From: a virus
Taxonomy: Duplodnaviria > Heunggongvirae > Uroviricota > Caudoviricetes
Strand: one strand, 5' to 3'
DNA: 27,749 nucleotides
Virus record (IMG/VR): IMGVR_UViG_3300022561_001209
Shown: one piece after another, positions 1 through 8,593 of the stretch
Numbering within the stretch: the stretch's first letter is position 1
Layout of the letters: each line of letters opens with the position of its first letter
Notes under the pieces: generated by a model
What the model was told of the DNA's origin: nothing
Databases searched by the model: none
Seen by the model: the letters and a program-made list of their open reading frames with translations, nothing else
Made by a program: the position numbers and the translations under genes

Positions 1-348
1 TTAATCTTGACCTAATCCCAAAGGTCCGAAAGCTGCTTCAAATGCTTCTGCATCCACTTCAGCATCTCTCATATCTGATTCATCGTTTATCATCTGCTTT
101 ATAACATACTCTCCACATAAATAACATCTATGAACTCTGAACTTGTCTCCATATTCGTTTCTACTACTAGATGTAAGTGCTGTAGTTCCTTTTAGTATTA
201 ATGAACCACAATCACAACATTTCCTGTCTTCTCTCACATCTACCCATTTAGCCGTAATCATAGCATATTCTACTATTAAACTTCCACGAGTTACTTTCAT
301 TGCGTGCTCTAATTTTTTATTTAGCATTTCCTTAGTTATATTAATCAT
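1..348 (-). CDS. Hypothetical protein with putative Zn finger (CxxC...CxxC)
   Basis: 115-aa ORF with CCDC and CYLC motifs; CAGGAG RBS upstream. Confidence 0.7.
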   Translation of the reverse strand: MINITKEMLNKKLEHAMKVTRGSLIVEYAMITAKWVDVREDRKCCDCGSLILKGTTALTSSSRNEYGDKFRVHRCYLCGEYVIKQMINDESDMRDAEVDAEAFEAAFGPLGLGQD

Positions 349-349
349 T

Positions 350-685
350 TCATATGTTCTCCTGTGTTAAATCAGCTATATCTTCGAATATACTGCATAT
401 ATCTTCATCGTCTTCGTCTGGTGTGTATCTTTCTTTTATTAATTCTTTTAATTCGTTCATATCATTTGTTAAGAATAGTTCACATTTAACAGAACAATCA
501 TCCTGTTCTTTAAATATGTATGTATACATATTTCCATTTAATACATAAATTGTTATCGTATTATTGAAATATTCCTCTATATTGAATCTTTTACCTTCTC
601 TTGCTAATTTGTCTAAATCTGTTTGTAACTCATCTGGTAATAAATAATCATCCTGCCCTAAACTTACCTCAAATATTTTCTTCGT
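350..685 (-). pseudogene. 111-codon acidic ORF beginning with ACG (mutated or non-canonical start)
   Basis: AAAAGGAG, 6 nt, then ACG (685-683), followed by an open frame (TKKIFEVSLGQDDYLLPDELQ...DLTQENI) to TGA at 352-350. An in-frame TAA lies upstream at 700-698 and the first in-frame ATG is far downstream. Missing from the ORF track. Confidence 0.65.
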
Positions 686-706
686 ATTAAGCTCCTTTTA
701 CATTCT

Positions 707-754
707 CTATAGTTACTAGTATATACTTTTAAGTATGGTTTGATATTTGTTTAA
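707..754 (-). promoter_or_regulatory. Phage-specific promoter-like motif, copy 1
   Basis: Minus strand TTAAACAAATATCAAACCATACTTAAAAGTATATACTAGTAACTATAG. Colinear with copies at 16643, 17964 and 11234; sits directly upstream of an RBS. Confidence 0.7.
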
Positions 755-789
755 CTAATCCATTGTACTCAATACTCTCTGCTCATATC

Positions 790-906
790 TTATACTATCT
801 TATAATCTTCTGAGCTTATTTCTACTATATTCATGTATGTTTCGTCGTTTTCTTCTTCGTATGACTTATTTTCACTTAACCAATCGTTTATCCAATAAAT
901 CCCCAT
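790..906 (-). CDS. Small acidic hypothetical protein (38 aa)
   Basis: CGGAGG RBS then ATG at 906: MGIYWINDWLSENKSYEEENDETYMNIVEISSEDYKIV. The stop falls within a short TATAAGATA tandem repeat, so the gene may be truncated. Confidence 0.5.
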   Translation of the reverse strand: MGIYWINDWLSENKSYEEENDETYMNIVEISSEDYKIV

Positions 907-922
907 TTCCTAAACCTCCGTT

Positions 923-1261
923 TTAGTATTTACCTAATTCATTATATAGTTCTAATATCATTTCTTTACAAGATTCCATGTCATCATAAAGGTCTCTCAT
1001 ATCATATGGTGCTCCATTCGCTCCATGACCTGTTTCGTCTAACCACGAATATGCTTCTTCTGAAACATCAAAGCTGTCATATCTACCATACATCTTCCCC
1101 AATATATCAGCTATCTCATCGTCTTTGTCTAAGTCAATTTCAATGTTAAAGTCCTGTCCTGCTGGACTAAACTTACTGAATAATACATAGTTTTCATGTA
1201 CTTGAAAAGACCAATCTACATTTTCTGCTTTATTTAATATTTTTCTTGTCTCACTATTCAT
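923..1261 (-). CDS. Hypothetical protein (GHGxNGAPY motif)
   Basis: ORF track 923..1294; the better start is ATG 1261 (MNSETRK), behind GGAG and overlapping the previous stop. Confidence 0.7.
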   Translation of the reverse strand: MNSETRKILNKAENVDWSFQVHENYVLFSKFSPAGQDFNIEIDLDKDDEIADILGKMYGRYDSFDVSEEAYSWLDETGHGANGAPYDMRDLYDDMESCKEMILELYNELGKY

Positions 1262-1418
1262 TTTCAAATTCTCCATTTTCTTGTTCATCTTCAAATTCTC
1301 TGTTAGCTTCCATGTCCATGTTCAAAATTGTATTTGCTACCAAATTTGCTGTTTGTCTATCACATCCTGTAAAATTCATTACTGCTGTTTCCATGTCTGT
1401 CATTAAGTTTTTACTCAT
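1254..1418 (-). CDS. Small hypothetical protein (54 aa)
   Basis: GCGGAGGT RBS, ATG 1418, MSKNLMTDMETAVMNFTGCDRQTANLVANTILNMDMEANREFEDEQENGEFENE, TAG. Below the ORF-track cutoff. Confidence 0.7.
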   Translation of the reverse strand: MSKNLMTDMETAVMNFTGCDRQTANLVANTILNMDMEANREFEDEQENGEFENE

Positions 1419-1440
1419 ATCTACCTCCGCTAACTTATTT

Positions 1441-2016
1441 TTATTCTAATCCTCTAATGTGAAATACATAAATCATGTCTACCTCTGGTTCATAATATAA
1501 ATAATCTGATTGACTATTTTGAACTCCTATGTACTCTCCCCATTTTTCCCATCTCCAACCACCGTCTTCAGGTTGATTATGTTTATACATTGGAGTCAGA
1601 TATATTAGGTACTGTATATCTTCTGAAAATCTTCCGCTTGCAATATTTTGTTCATAAATTTCTATTGCCTGTTCTGCATTATCACAAACTCCGTAATCTT
1701 CCTGCCTCCAATTGTCTCTTATTATTTTATAATCTGTAAATTCTCTTATATTTAGATGTTCATTCAATTCCCCAACGAATACGTTGTCTATACTGTATGA
1801 GTCTCTGTCTTTTACTAAATTCCAATCCAATCCGTTATGTTCTAAATATCCATGTAAATATTTTATCCACTCGTTATATGGTTGAAATTTATCATAAATA
1901 TTATCTATCTTCTGTCTTTCCCAATCATACTCAGGATATTCTGTTTTAAATTTTTCACATCTGTCGTTATAATCGTCTATATATTCTTGTTTAGTTATTA
2001 TATCTCTTAGTATCAT
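1441..2016 (-). CDS. Phage hypothetical protein (GWRWxKWGxYIG motif)
   Basis: 191-aa ORF with GGGGG RBS and a Trp/Gly-rich C-terminal motif. Confidence 0.75.
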   Translation of the reverse strand: MILRDIITKQEYIDDYNDRCEKFKTEYPEYDWERQKIDNIYDKFQPYNEWIKYLHGYLEHNGLDWNLVKDRDSYSIDNVFVGELNEHLNIREFTDYKIIRDNWRQEDYGVCDNAEQAIEIYEQNIASGRFSEDIQYLIYLTPMYKHNQPEDGGWRWEKWGEYIGVQNSQSDYLYYEPEVDMIYVFHIRGLE

Positions 2017-2031
2017 ATTGTCCCCCGTAAT

Positions 2032-2781
2032 CTACTCAAATATTATTGTTTCTTCAACATACTTTCTATCTTCACCTTTTAACATTGGCATATTCAAATC
2101 TAATTCCCATTTACCGTTCTCATTCTTCTTACAAGCTGTTCCTCTCTTTTTACTTGCTGGTAGTTCGTTCCAATTAACACCCTTTTCCGTAAACATCTTG
2201 TCTTGTAATATATTACATGATAAACCATGCAATTGTTTATGTGAGAATAATGACTGTGCTAAACCTTGTATTGAGTTTCTTTCAGCGTCTTGTTGTCTCC
2301 ACAATATATTATTACAAACTTCTTCTTTAGATAAATTAAATGCTCTACAATCAAATTCTGCCTCCCAGAATTTTTTCTCGTATGTACAATAATTATTTTT
2401 ATTTATGCACATTTCCTTAGAGTTATTCATAAATGTTTTGTTAAATATTCTTGTACACATAGATGCTGGTATACTAACTACTTTCTGAACTATATAATCA
2501 AAGTATGCTTCTGTATCTAAATTATTGTAATCAACTAATATTAATGTAATTTCATCACTCTGTGTATAACCAAATACACATCCTTGAATATTTTCACATA
2601 AATGCTTCATTGTCTCTTGCATTGATTTCATATACACTTCATCATGTGGCTTTACTAAACCTCTTGTAAAAGTATGTCCTGCTTTCTGGTCAAATCTCAA
2701 TATTACAGGTGTTCTTTTCATTAATTTATATCTTGTTACTTCTTCGTAACCTTTCATTCTTTCGCCTAAATTATCTCTCAT
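2032..2781 (-). CDS. thg1: tRNA(His) guanylyltransferase (Thg1/TLP family, 3'-5' polymerase)
   Basis: RMKGYE N-terminus, RFDQKAGHTFTRG (canonical RLDGKAFHTFTRG), QSDEI carboxylates, FDCR, WRQQDAERNSIQ, GVNWNELP. Confidence 0.93.
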   Translation of the reverse strand: MRDNLGERMKGYEEVTRYKLMKRTPVILRFDQKAGHTFTRGLVKPHDEVYMKSMQETMKHLCENIQGCVFGYTQSDEITLILVDYNNLDTEAYFDYIVQKVVSIPASMCTRIFNKTFMNNSKEMCINKNNYCTYEKKFWEAEFDCRAFNLSKEEVCNNILWRQQDAERNSIQGLAQSLFSHKQLHGLSCNILQDKMFTEKGVNWNELPASKKRGTACKKNENGKWELDLNMPMLKGEDRKYVEETIIFE

Positions 2782-2809
2782 CTGTTTTCCCCCACTTAGT
2801 TAATCTATT

Positions 2810-3196
2810 TTATTCTTCCATGTCGTAAGTTTTCATTGTTTCTATGTTCTTTATTTTCCATTCTTCTTTACATTTTTCTGAACAAACTGCTACTTCCCCA
2901 TTCCACATGTCTTCTGCCCATAAACCCCATGAGTACATGTTCTCGTTCATTGGTTTTTTACAGTTTTTACATTTCTCTATTTTTCTAGGTGTATATTCAC
3001 CACATTCTTTTGCTATCATTTCATAAGCTTTATCATCCCAATTGTATCTGTCCCCTATTGAAAATAATAAGTCCTCATCTACTCTGTCATTTATACATTC
3101 GTAGCCGTCAGGTTCTCCAGGTTCTTCATATGTATCTGGGTAACCACCTACAAAATTTCCGTGTAAACAATTATAACAAGCTTTCTTACCTTTCAT
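2810..3196 (-). CDS. Cys-rich hypothetical protein, putative metal-binding
   Basis: 128 aa; CxxC at the N-terminus and in CKNC, CSEKC near the C-terminus; GGAGG RBS. Confidence 0.7.
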   Translation of the reverse strand: MKGKKACYNCLHGNFVGGYPDTYEEPGEPDGYECINDRVDEDLLFSIGDRYNWDDKAYEMIAKECGEYTPRKIEKCKNCKKPMNENMYSWGLWAEDMWNGEVAVCSEKCKEEWKIKNIETMKTYDMEE

Positions 3197-3212
3197 ATCT
3201 TACCTCCAAATT

Positions 3213-3935
3213 TTAAGTTATATTTTTATAAATTTGTTTTTGTATTTTTACCGATAATCCATAACCTAGTTCATGGGATGGTATTACTATTATTTTCTTT
3301 GATTTAGCATGTTCGTAAACTCTATGTGAACCTGATGACCATTTATACTTATAATCATTACTTACTGCCAATTTCTCCATTTCTTTGTAGTCGAATATTT
3401 TTAGTATTTTATACTCTTTACTATTAATTTCTACTACTTCATCTTCGTAAATATTTGAATTTTCTTCATATTTCCAGTTTGTATATTTACATAATAATCT
3501 TTTATTTTCTAATATTAATGGTAATTGTTCCTTTAATTCTTCATCTAATAGTTTTAGGTAATTTAATGACTGGTCAGCTATACTCTTAAATGTTAATTTT
3601 CTTCTTGCTAGTATTTGATTTGACTCTTTTTTACTTTTAATATAAGGTGTACATTTGTCTATCAGTTCCCATAATCTTCTATCTAAAGTATTCATATATT
3701 TTATAAATCTACTAGATAACTCACTAGTCCTTAACTCTGATAATTTCCATAACTCTTTATTTTCATCTTCAAATTCATCATAACTTTCAGCAGTACTTAC
3801 GATTTCTGCCTCAACTACTGCTTGTATTATCTCATTGCTTAAACTGTCAAAAACTTCAAATATTATTGAACATTCCTCATATGCCTTGTTACGTATTTCT
3901 TTAACTTCTGTATTAAACACCTTTACACAGTTCAT
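3213..3935 (-). CDS. N-terminal helical domain fused to C-terminal HicA-like mRNA interferase domain
   Basis: The last ~55 aa (YKEMEKLAVSNDYKYKWSSGSHRVYEHAKSKKIIVIPSHELGYGLSVKIQKQI) match the HicA pattern including GSH and PxH. Confidence 0.75.
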   Translation of the reverse strand: MNCVKVFNTEVKEIRNKAYEECSIIFEVFDSLSNEIIQAVVEAEIVSTAESYDEFEDENKELWKLSELRTSELSSRFIKYMNTLDRRLWELIDKCTPYIKSKKESNQILARRKLTFKSIADQSLNYLKLLDEELKEQLPLILENKRLLCKYTNWKYEENSNIYEDEVVEINSKEYKILKIFDYKEMEKLAVSNDYKYKWSSGSHRVYEHAKSKKIIVIPSHELGYGLSVKIQKQIYKNIT

Positions 3936-3970
3936 AATTTAAACCATCTTATCTAGTTTTATATAATATT

Positions 3971-3999
3971 ATTATAACATAATTTAAAACTTTTGTCAA
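3971..3999 (-). promoter_or_regulatory. sigmaA/sigma70 consensus promoter with extended -10
   Basis: TTGACA (3999-3994), 17 bp, TATAAT (3976-3971), TGn before the -10, A-tract UP element upstream; points into the HicA-fusion gene. Confidence 0.9.
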
Positions 4000-4032
4000 T
4001 ACTAAATTAAAACTTTTTTTAATAATTTTTAA

Positions 4033-4061
4033 ACCCTTACTGATATTAAATTAATAAGGGT
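4033..4061 (-). terminator. Possible weak intrinsic terminator
   Basis: ACCCTTA/TAAGGGT 7-bp stem with a long loop, just after the 4076 stop; short U-tract. Confidence 0.35.
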
Positions 4062-4075
4062 CTATGTTTTAAGTT

Positions 4076-4486
4076 CTATTTTATATCATCCATATATTTC
4101 TTTAATTCTTCTTCTGTATTAAATGTCAATCTCTGTTCCTTGTTGTTTGAAATCGTAAATGTTGTCTCATTTTTATCTATATAATATAACTTTTGTATTT
4201 GTGAACCTTTTTCAAAGTTAGTCCATCTTGTTATTATATGACATTTTTCGTACCCCAACTCTTTTAAAGAACTACCTATAACCCCTTCCACTTCCCTCAA
4301 TTTTTTTATTAAATCTCCTTCATGGAAGAATACTTTGCATCCTTTATTATCAACTATACTCCAGTAATTTTCACTTTGCTTATTTAAAAATTTCGTAAAA
4401 CTTATTAATTTATCTTTTATGTTGTCTTTATAATATACGTGTGATTCCCAAGCTGTATTTTTACTATAACCATATTTTTTAAACAT
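4076..4486 (-). CDS. Hypothetical protein
   Basis: 136-aa ORF with GGGAG RBS. Confidence 0.7.
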   Translation of the reverse strand: MFKKYGYSKNTAWESHVYYKDNIKDKLISFTKFLNKQSENYWSIVDNKGCKVFFHEGDLIKKLREVEGVIGSSLKELGYEKCHIITRWTNFEKGSQIQKLYYIDKNETTFTISNNKEQRLTFNTEEELKKYMDDIK

Positions 4487-4497
4487 TTATTTTCTCC

Positions 4498-4719
4498 CTA
4501 TACTATTGTACAATTCCAATTTCCACTGTTAAATGTTGCCTGTTTTCCATCATCTAAATATAATCTGAAGAATAAATCAGCTTCGTTTTCTTCACTTAAA
4601 TCTGCACCGTCATTTAAACAGTCTTCATATGTTAGTTCCGCTATGCTTTTAACATTTCTGTACACTATTTCCTCTGTTCTCTCAGATTCTTCCAGTATAG
4701 GTTTAACTACTACTATCAT
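4498..4719 (-). CDS. Hypothetical protein
   Basis: 73-aa ORF with AAGGAGG RBS. Confidence 0.7.
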   Translation of the reverse strand: MIVVVKPILEESERTEEIVYRNVKSIAELTYEDCLNDGADLSEENEADLFFRLYLDDGKQATFNSGNWNCTIV

Positions 4720-4789
4720 ATCTTCCTCCTTGAATTACTCGAATTTACAATCTTCTATTTAAGTAAACCTTTCTTAGCTACCATCATGT

Positions 4790-5050
4790 TTATATGTGAC
4801 TTTCTAATAATTCTTCTCTCTCGTCTAATAAGTATACTTCTTCATCTTCTTCTCTATTTAGTATGTATTTATATTCTCTTTCATCTATTTCTACTAAATC
4901 TTTAAGTTTAAGTTCATGTTTTGTATTATTTACCAAAGACCACACTTCTATAAGTCCTCTTGCATCATCCTCATAGTCTTCACTTTCATCATGCTCCATT
5001 AACCATAAGTATTCTTCTAGTTCCTCATTTGACACTATGTAATACTTCAT
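4790..5050 (-). CDS. Acidic hypothetical protein
   Basis: 86-aa ORF, very Glu/Asp-rich, with RBS. Confidence 0.65.
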   Translation of the reverse strand: MKYYIVSNEELEEYLWLMEHDESEDYEDDARGLIEVWSLVNNTKHELKLKDLVEIDEREYKYILNREEDEEVYLLDEREELLESHI

Positions 5051-5068
5051 TTTATTCTACCTTCCCTT

Positions 5069-5296
5069 TTAAAATTTAGCATAATAAAATTCATCTGTCT
5101 TCCCTACTAAACTTAACTCACTTAATAAATTTGCTCTCTTTTTAATATATTCTATGCAAGTTTCTTTACTTCCGTATTTTGTTAATTTATCTTTCAATCC
5201 TTCGTAAATATCCTCATCATTAAATTTTCCTGACCTACTTAATAGTTCGTCTGTTACTATGTTATTTGCTTTACTTACCCCTAATGTCATTTCCAT
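5069..5296 (-). CDS. Hypothetical protein
   Basis: ORF track 5069..5308; ATG 5296 follows GGAGGT at good spacing. Confidence 0.65.
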   Translation of the reverse strand: MEMTLGVSKANNIVTDELLSRSGKFNDEDIYEGLKDKLTKYGSKETCIEYIKKRANLLSELSLVGKTDEFYYAKF

Positions 5297-5313
5297 ATTA
5301 ACCTCCACTTATT

Positions 5314-5571
5314 TTATGCTAATTTATATTCATCATACAAAGTGTTATGACTAAATTCAACTATTATATGTTCTTTTCTTACCCATTCAGGCTGTTCGCT
5401 CAATACGTTTTCAGCATCTTCTTCACTACCAAAGTGTAATGCATGTTCTAAGCTATCATACCCAACTACTTCGTCTTTACCCTCAAATTCATGTGCTAAA
5501 GTTGATATGAAATCGTAATCATCAACGTTCCCGTGATTTTTAATAGCTACTGCATATAATGTTTTCTTCAT
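5314..5571 (-). CDS. Hypothetical protein
   Basis: 85-aa ORF; its AGGAG RBS overlaps the tdk stop. Confidence 0.7.
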   Translation of the reverse strand: MKKTLYAVAIKNHGNVDDYDFISTLAHEFEGKDEVVGYDSLEHALHFGSEEDAENVLSEQPEWVRKEHIIVEFSHNTLYDEYKLA

Positions 5572-5583
5572 TTCTATTTTCTC

Positions 5584-6183
5584 CTAATTTTCTGGGTTAA
5601 AATAATGATACCTACATGTTTGTATGTAGTAGTCATTATCTTTTACTGTGTCCCCTACTTTTATTGCACTTTCCCCTGTTCTAACAGGTTTTCCATCCAC
5701 CATACGTAAATGCATTGTTGCTTTTCTGTTACAATATTGACACACTGTCTTTATCTCTTCTATACTGTCTGCATAATATAGTAATGCTGCACTACCCTCA
5801 AATAATTCTCCATCTATGTATGAATTTTTAAGTCCATAACACATTACTGGTACTTTTAACTCGTCTACTACTCTTGCTAATTGTTTTATTTGCTCTTTTC
5901 GTAAAAATTGAGCTTCATCTACTAGTATGCAATGTAGTTCTCCGTTTGTATTAATATCAAATTCTATTAAATAGAATAAGTCTGTTTCTTCTGTAGTTAC
6001 TAAACATTCTCTGTCAGGAACTCCTGCCCTACTCTTTATTACCCCTGTTCCCCATCTATTGTCTAAAGATGATTTAATACACACTATTCTCTTGTCTTGT
6101 GATTTATAATTATAAGCTACCATCAATAAGTTAGCTGTCTTCGATGAACCCATAGTTCCATATTTATAATATAGTTTTGCCAT
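5584..6183 (-). CDS. tdk: Thymidine kinase
   Basis: P-loop YGTMGSSKT, LVDEAQF, YGLKNS, Zn ligands CQYC...CRYH. Confidence 0.97.
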   Translation of the reverse strand: MAKLYYKYGTMGSSKTANLLMVAYNYKSQDKRIVCIKSSLDNRWGTGVIKSRAGVPDRECLVTTEETDLFYLIEFDINTNGELHCILVDEAQFLRKEQIKQLARVVDELKVPVMCYGLKNSYIDGELFEGSAALLYYADSIEEIKTVCQYCNRKATMHLRMVDGKPVRTGESAIKVGDTVKDNDYYIQTCRYHYFNPEN

Positions 6184-6214
6184 ATTAGTTTCCCCTGTCT
6201 CCTTTAATTTTTAT

Positions 6215-6781
6215 CTAACTGCAATATGCTTCTTTTGCGTTTATAATATAATTTATTGCTTCTTCCAAATTCTCTTCTGGTATCTTATATGCTTTTACAC
6301 AGTTTTCTAGTTATTTTATTGGTGCATTATTATCATTATCTGTGTCAATATACCACGTAACTGCTAATAACTAATAAGCCTTAATTTCTTCTGTATTCAA
6401 TAAATCTTTAATATCATGTACCCAACTTTTTATTAAATCTACGACTTTTTGTTCGTCCTCATATAATTCTAAATTCTCACAAGTTTGTTTAAATATATCT
6501 AAGTTATAAGTTATATCAAATATTCCGTATATACTTGAACTATGCCTGTATACTCCATACTTACTGTAATCGAAATCACTATTGTCAAAATTATTCTTAT
6601 CGAATTTCATTCTTAAGTATAAGTATAATTATAAAAAATTATTTGTTATAATTGCGTCAGAACTTATCATATCTTTTTTGTTCTGAAATCCTAAAATATA
6701 TCCATAATTATTTAAATCTATATTTAATCCTTTTGTTAGTAACAAATAAATTTCTTCTTTTGTTAGTAATTCATTATCCAT
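6215..6781 (-). pseudogene. 188-codon gene interrupted by three in-frame stops (TAA, TAG, TAA)
   Basis: AAGGAG RBS and ATG 6781; one continuous frame with TAA 6631-6629, TAG 6373-6371 and TAA 6313-6311, ending at TAG 6217-6215. The ORF-track 6371..6610 is its middle fragment and has no RBS. Confidence 0.8.
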
Positions 6782-6829
6782 AGCTATGCTCCTTATAATT
6801 TACTGTGTCTATGATTACCCTACTGTTTA

Positions 6830-7360
6830 CTATAATTTATATCCCAAAAGTTCCTCTAGATATTCCTTATATCGTTCCATTCCTAAATTGTATATCCCGT
6901 CTAACAAATACTCTGTATCTATAATATCACAACAGGATTCACATAACATTATCACATCGTCTGAATGTCTTTCTTCAGTATCCGATATACTTATCTTTAA
7001 TAATATCAAATCTTCTAATCTTATCATTCTACATTCTATACCGTCTAAATTAATATATCTAGCTTTATTTAATGCTCTCAGTTCTTCTTTTGTAATATAT
7101 GGTATAATATCTACTTCTTGATTATTTACAAATACCTTTAATAACGATTTATAACTATCTACATATTCGGTTATCGGTAGTTCTTTTATCATTAAATTAA
7201 GTAATTCGCCTAGTTCATATGTTTCTACTGCCACGAAAAAATCAAAATCATCTGTTCCTCTGCCTGCCCCATAATGCACTACTGCAGTTCCTCCTGCTAA
7301 ACAATAATTTATTCTATGTCTCTCTAAAAAATCTACAATCATCTCTAATTCTTGTATCAT
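6830..7360 (-). CDS. Nucleotidyltransferase (pol-beta superfamily; DUF6036/AbiEii-like)
   Basis: LAGGTAV...GRGTDDFDFFV (GG and DxD motifs), later VDII and EDLILLK...RHSDD. Confidence 0.8.
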   Translation of the reverse strand: MIQELEMIVDFLERHRINYCLAGGTAVVHYGAGRGTDDFDFFVAVETYELGELLNLMIKELPITEYVDSYKSLLKVFVNNQEVDIIPYITKEELRALNKARYINLDGIECRMIRLEDLILLKISISDTEERHSDDVIMLCESCCDIIDTEYLLDGIYNLGMERYKEYLEELLGYKL

Positions 7361-7929
7361 AAGTTTCTGCTCCTTCTCTTTCTACATAATCTGCAACTTT
7401 CTGAACCATCTCTATGGTCATGTTCAGTACTAAAATACATGAAGTAAAAATATAGTTTTAAATGATAGTCTAATCTTTCAATGTCACTACTTAATTCATT
7501 TTTAGCAACTTTGTCTATGTCTATTTTACCATATACAGTTTCTTTCTGTTCTAAAATTTTTCTATTGAACTCTTTATTGGCAAAATTCATTTTAACATAG
7601 TACTCATCTGTATCTATACATATCTCTACTTTATCGCTTAAATCTTCTTCACTGTATAATTTTATTTTAAACAATATCTCTTCAGAAAATATTTCTAATC
7701 TTTCACTATCATTTATTACCTCGAAACCATTGTTTTTTGCTATATTTATTAATTTATCCAAACTATCTTCACTTACAGCCATTTCAAAAAATGGGCATCC
7801 TCTGAAATGGTTATATACTATGTTAGCGAAAAATCCTATAAATGCGTAGTCTAATCCATTTATGTCATTTGTAAAATTTACAAATTTCTCAATATTATAA
7901 ATAACTTTTTCTTCTATTTTTCCTGTCAT
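7357..7929 (-). CDS. Degenerate (probably inactive) nucleotidyltransferase-fold paralog
   Basis: YAFIGFFANIVYNHFRGCPFFEMAV aligns with YCLAGGTAVVHYGAGRGTDDFDFFV of the next gene but lacks GG and DxD; ATGA overlap with the next gene. Confidence 0.6.
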   Translation of the reverse strand: MTGKIEEKVIYNIEKFVNFTNDINGLDYAFIGFFANIVYNHFRGCPFFEMAVSEDSLDKLINIAKNNGFEVINDSERLEIFSEEILFKIKLYSEEDLSDKVEICIDTDEYYVKMNFANKEFNRKILEQKETVYGKIDIDKVAKNELSSDIERLDYHLKLYFYFMYFSTEHDHRDGSESCRLCRKRRSRNL

Positions 7930-7959
7930 AATATCACCTCATTTTAATTTTATTACGAT

Positions 7960-7988
7960 ATTATAACATTTATTATAATATTTGTCAA
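7960..7988 (-). promoter_or_regulatory. sigmaA consensus promoter with extended -10
   Basis: TTGACA (7988-7983), 17 bp, TATAAT (7965-7960), TGn; drives the nucleotidyltransferase pair. Confidence 0.9.
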
Positions 7989-8080
7989 TACTTTTAATAA
8001 ACTTTAAATAATAATCTTTAAAAATTACTATTTAATTTTCTTTCAATGTTTGGTTTGATTAAATATACAACCTTATTGTT

Positions 8081-8395
8081 TTATATTGTACTTCCCATTA
8101 TCTTTATGTTTATTATTTTAATTTCGTTATTACTGTCGTAGTGGCATGCTTCACACACAAAGTGTTCTTTCCCGTTTATGTCTTCTATCATATATCCATA
8201 ATCATTTATGAAATCGTCTTTACATATTTCACATGTTTCACCCTTTTCTTCTATCCATTTATCATACGCTTCTGGACAACCTCTGCCTTCACAAGACCAA
8301 TATCCATTAGGTGTTGCACAAGATGAACATTCACTATATTCGCAGTAACTTTTAAAATCATCACAATCACATTCATCAATTTTTGGTATTGTCAT
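8081..8395 (-). CDS. Cys-rich hypothetical protein (multiple CxxC)
   Basis: 104 aa with about 12 Cys (CDC, CSSC, CEIC, CEAC). Confidence 0.7.
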   Translation of the reverse strand: MTIPKIDECDCDDFKSYCEYSECSSCATPNGYWSCEGRGCPEAYDKWIEEKGETCEICKDDFINDYGYMIEDINGKEHFVCEACHYDSNNEIKIINIKIMGSTI

Positions 8396-8440
8396 AACTA
8401 TTCCTCGTTTCTTTATAATATCTTTTCTATTTCTAAATAC

Positions 8441-8593
8441 TTACTTAGGCTTAAAGTTTAATGCTTTCCAGTTTACTACTTCTAATTCTATTTCTTCTGT
8501 ATCTGTACTTAATTCGAGTTCATCGCAATATTCTTTCCATCCTGATTTCGTAAAATCTTCTTTATATATGTAAATCAATTTATTTTTTTCCAT
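8441..8593 (-). CDS. Small hypothetical protein (50 aa)
   Basis: ACGGAGGT RBS, ATG 8593, MEKNKLIYIYKEDFTKSGWKEYCDELELSTDTEEIELEVVNWKALNFKPK, TAA. Confidence 0.7.
   Translation of the reverse strand: MEKNKLIYIYKEDFTKSGWKEYCDELELSTDTEEIELEVVNWKALNFKPK

Noticed and set aside
4740-4795. Possible frameshifted extension of the 4790 ORF (NMMVAKKGLLK)
   Set aside because: Too short to distinguish from chance.
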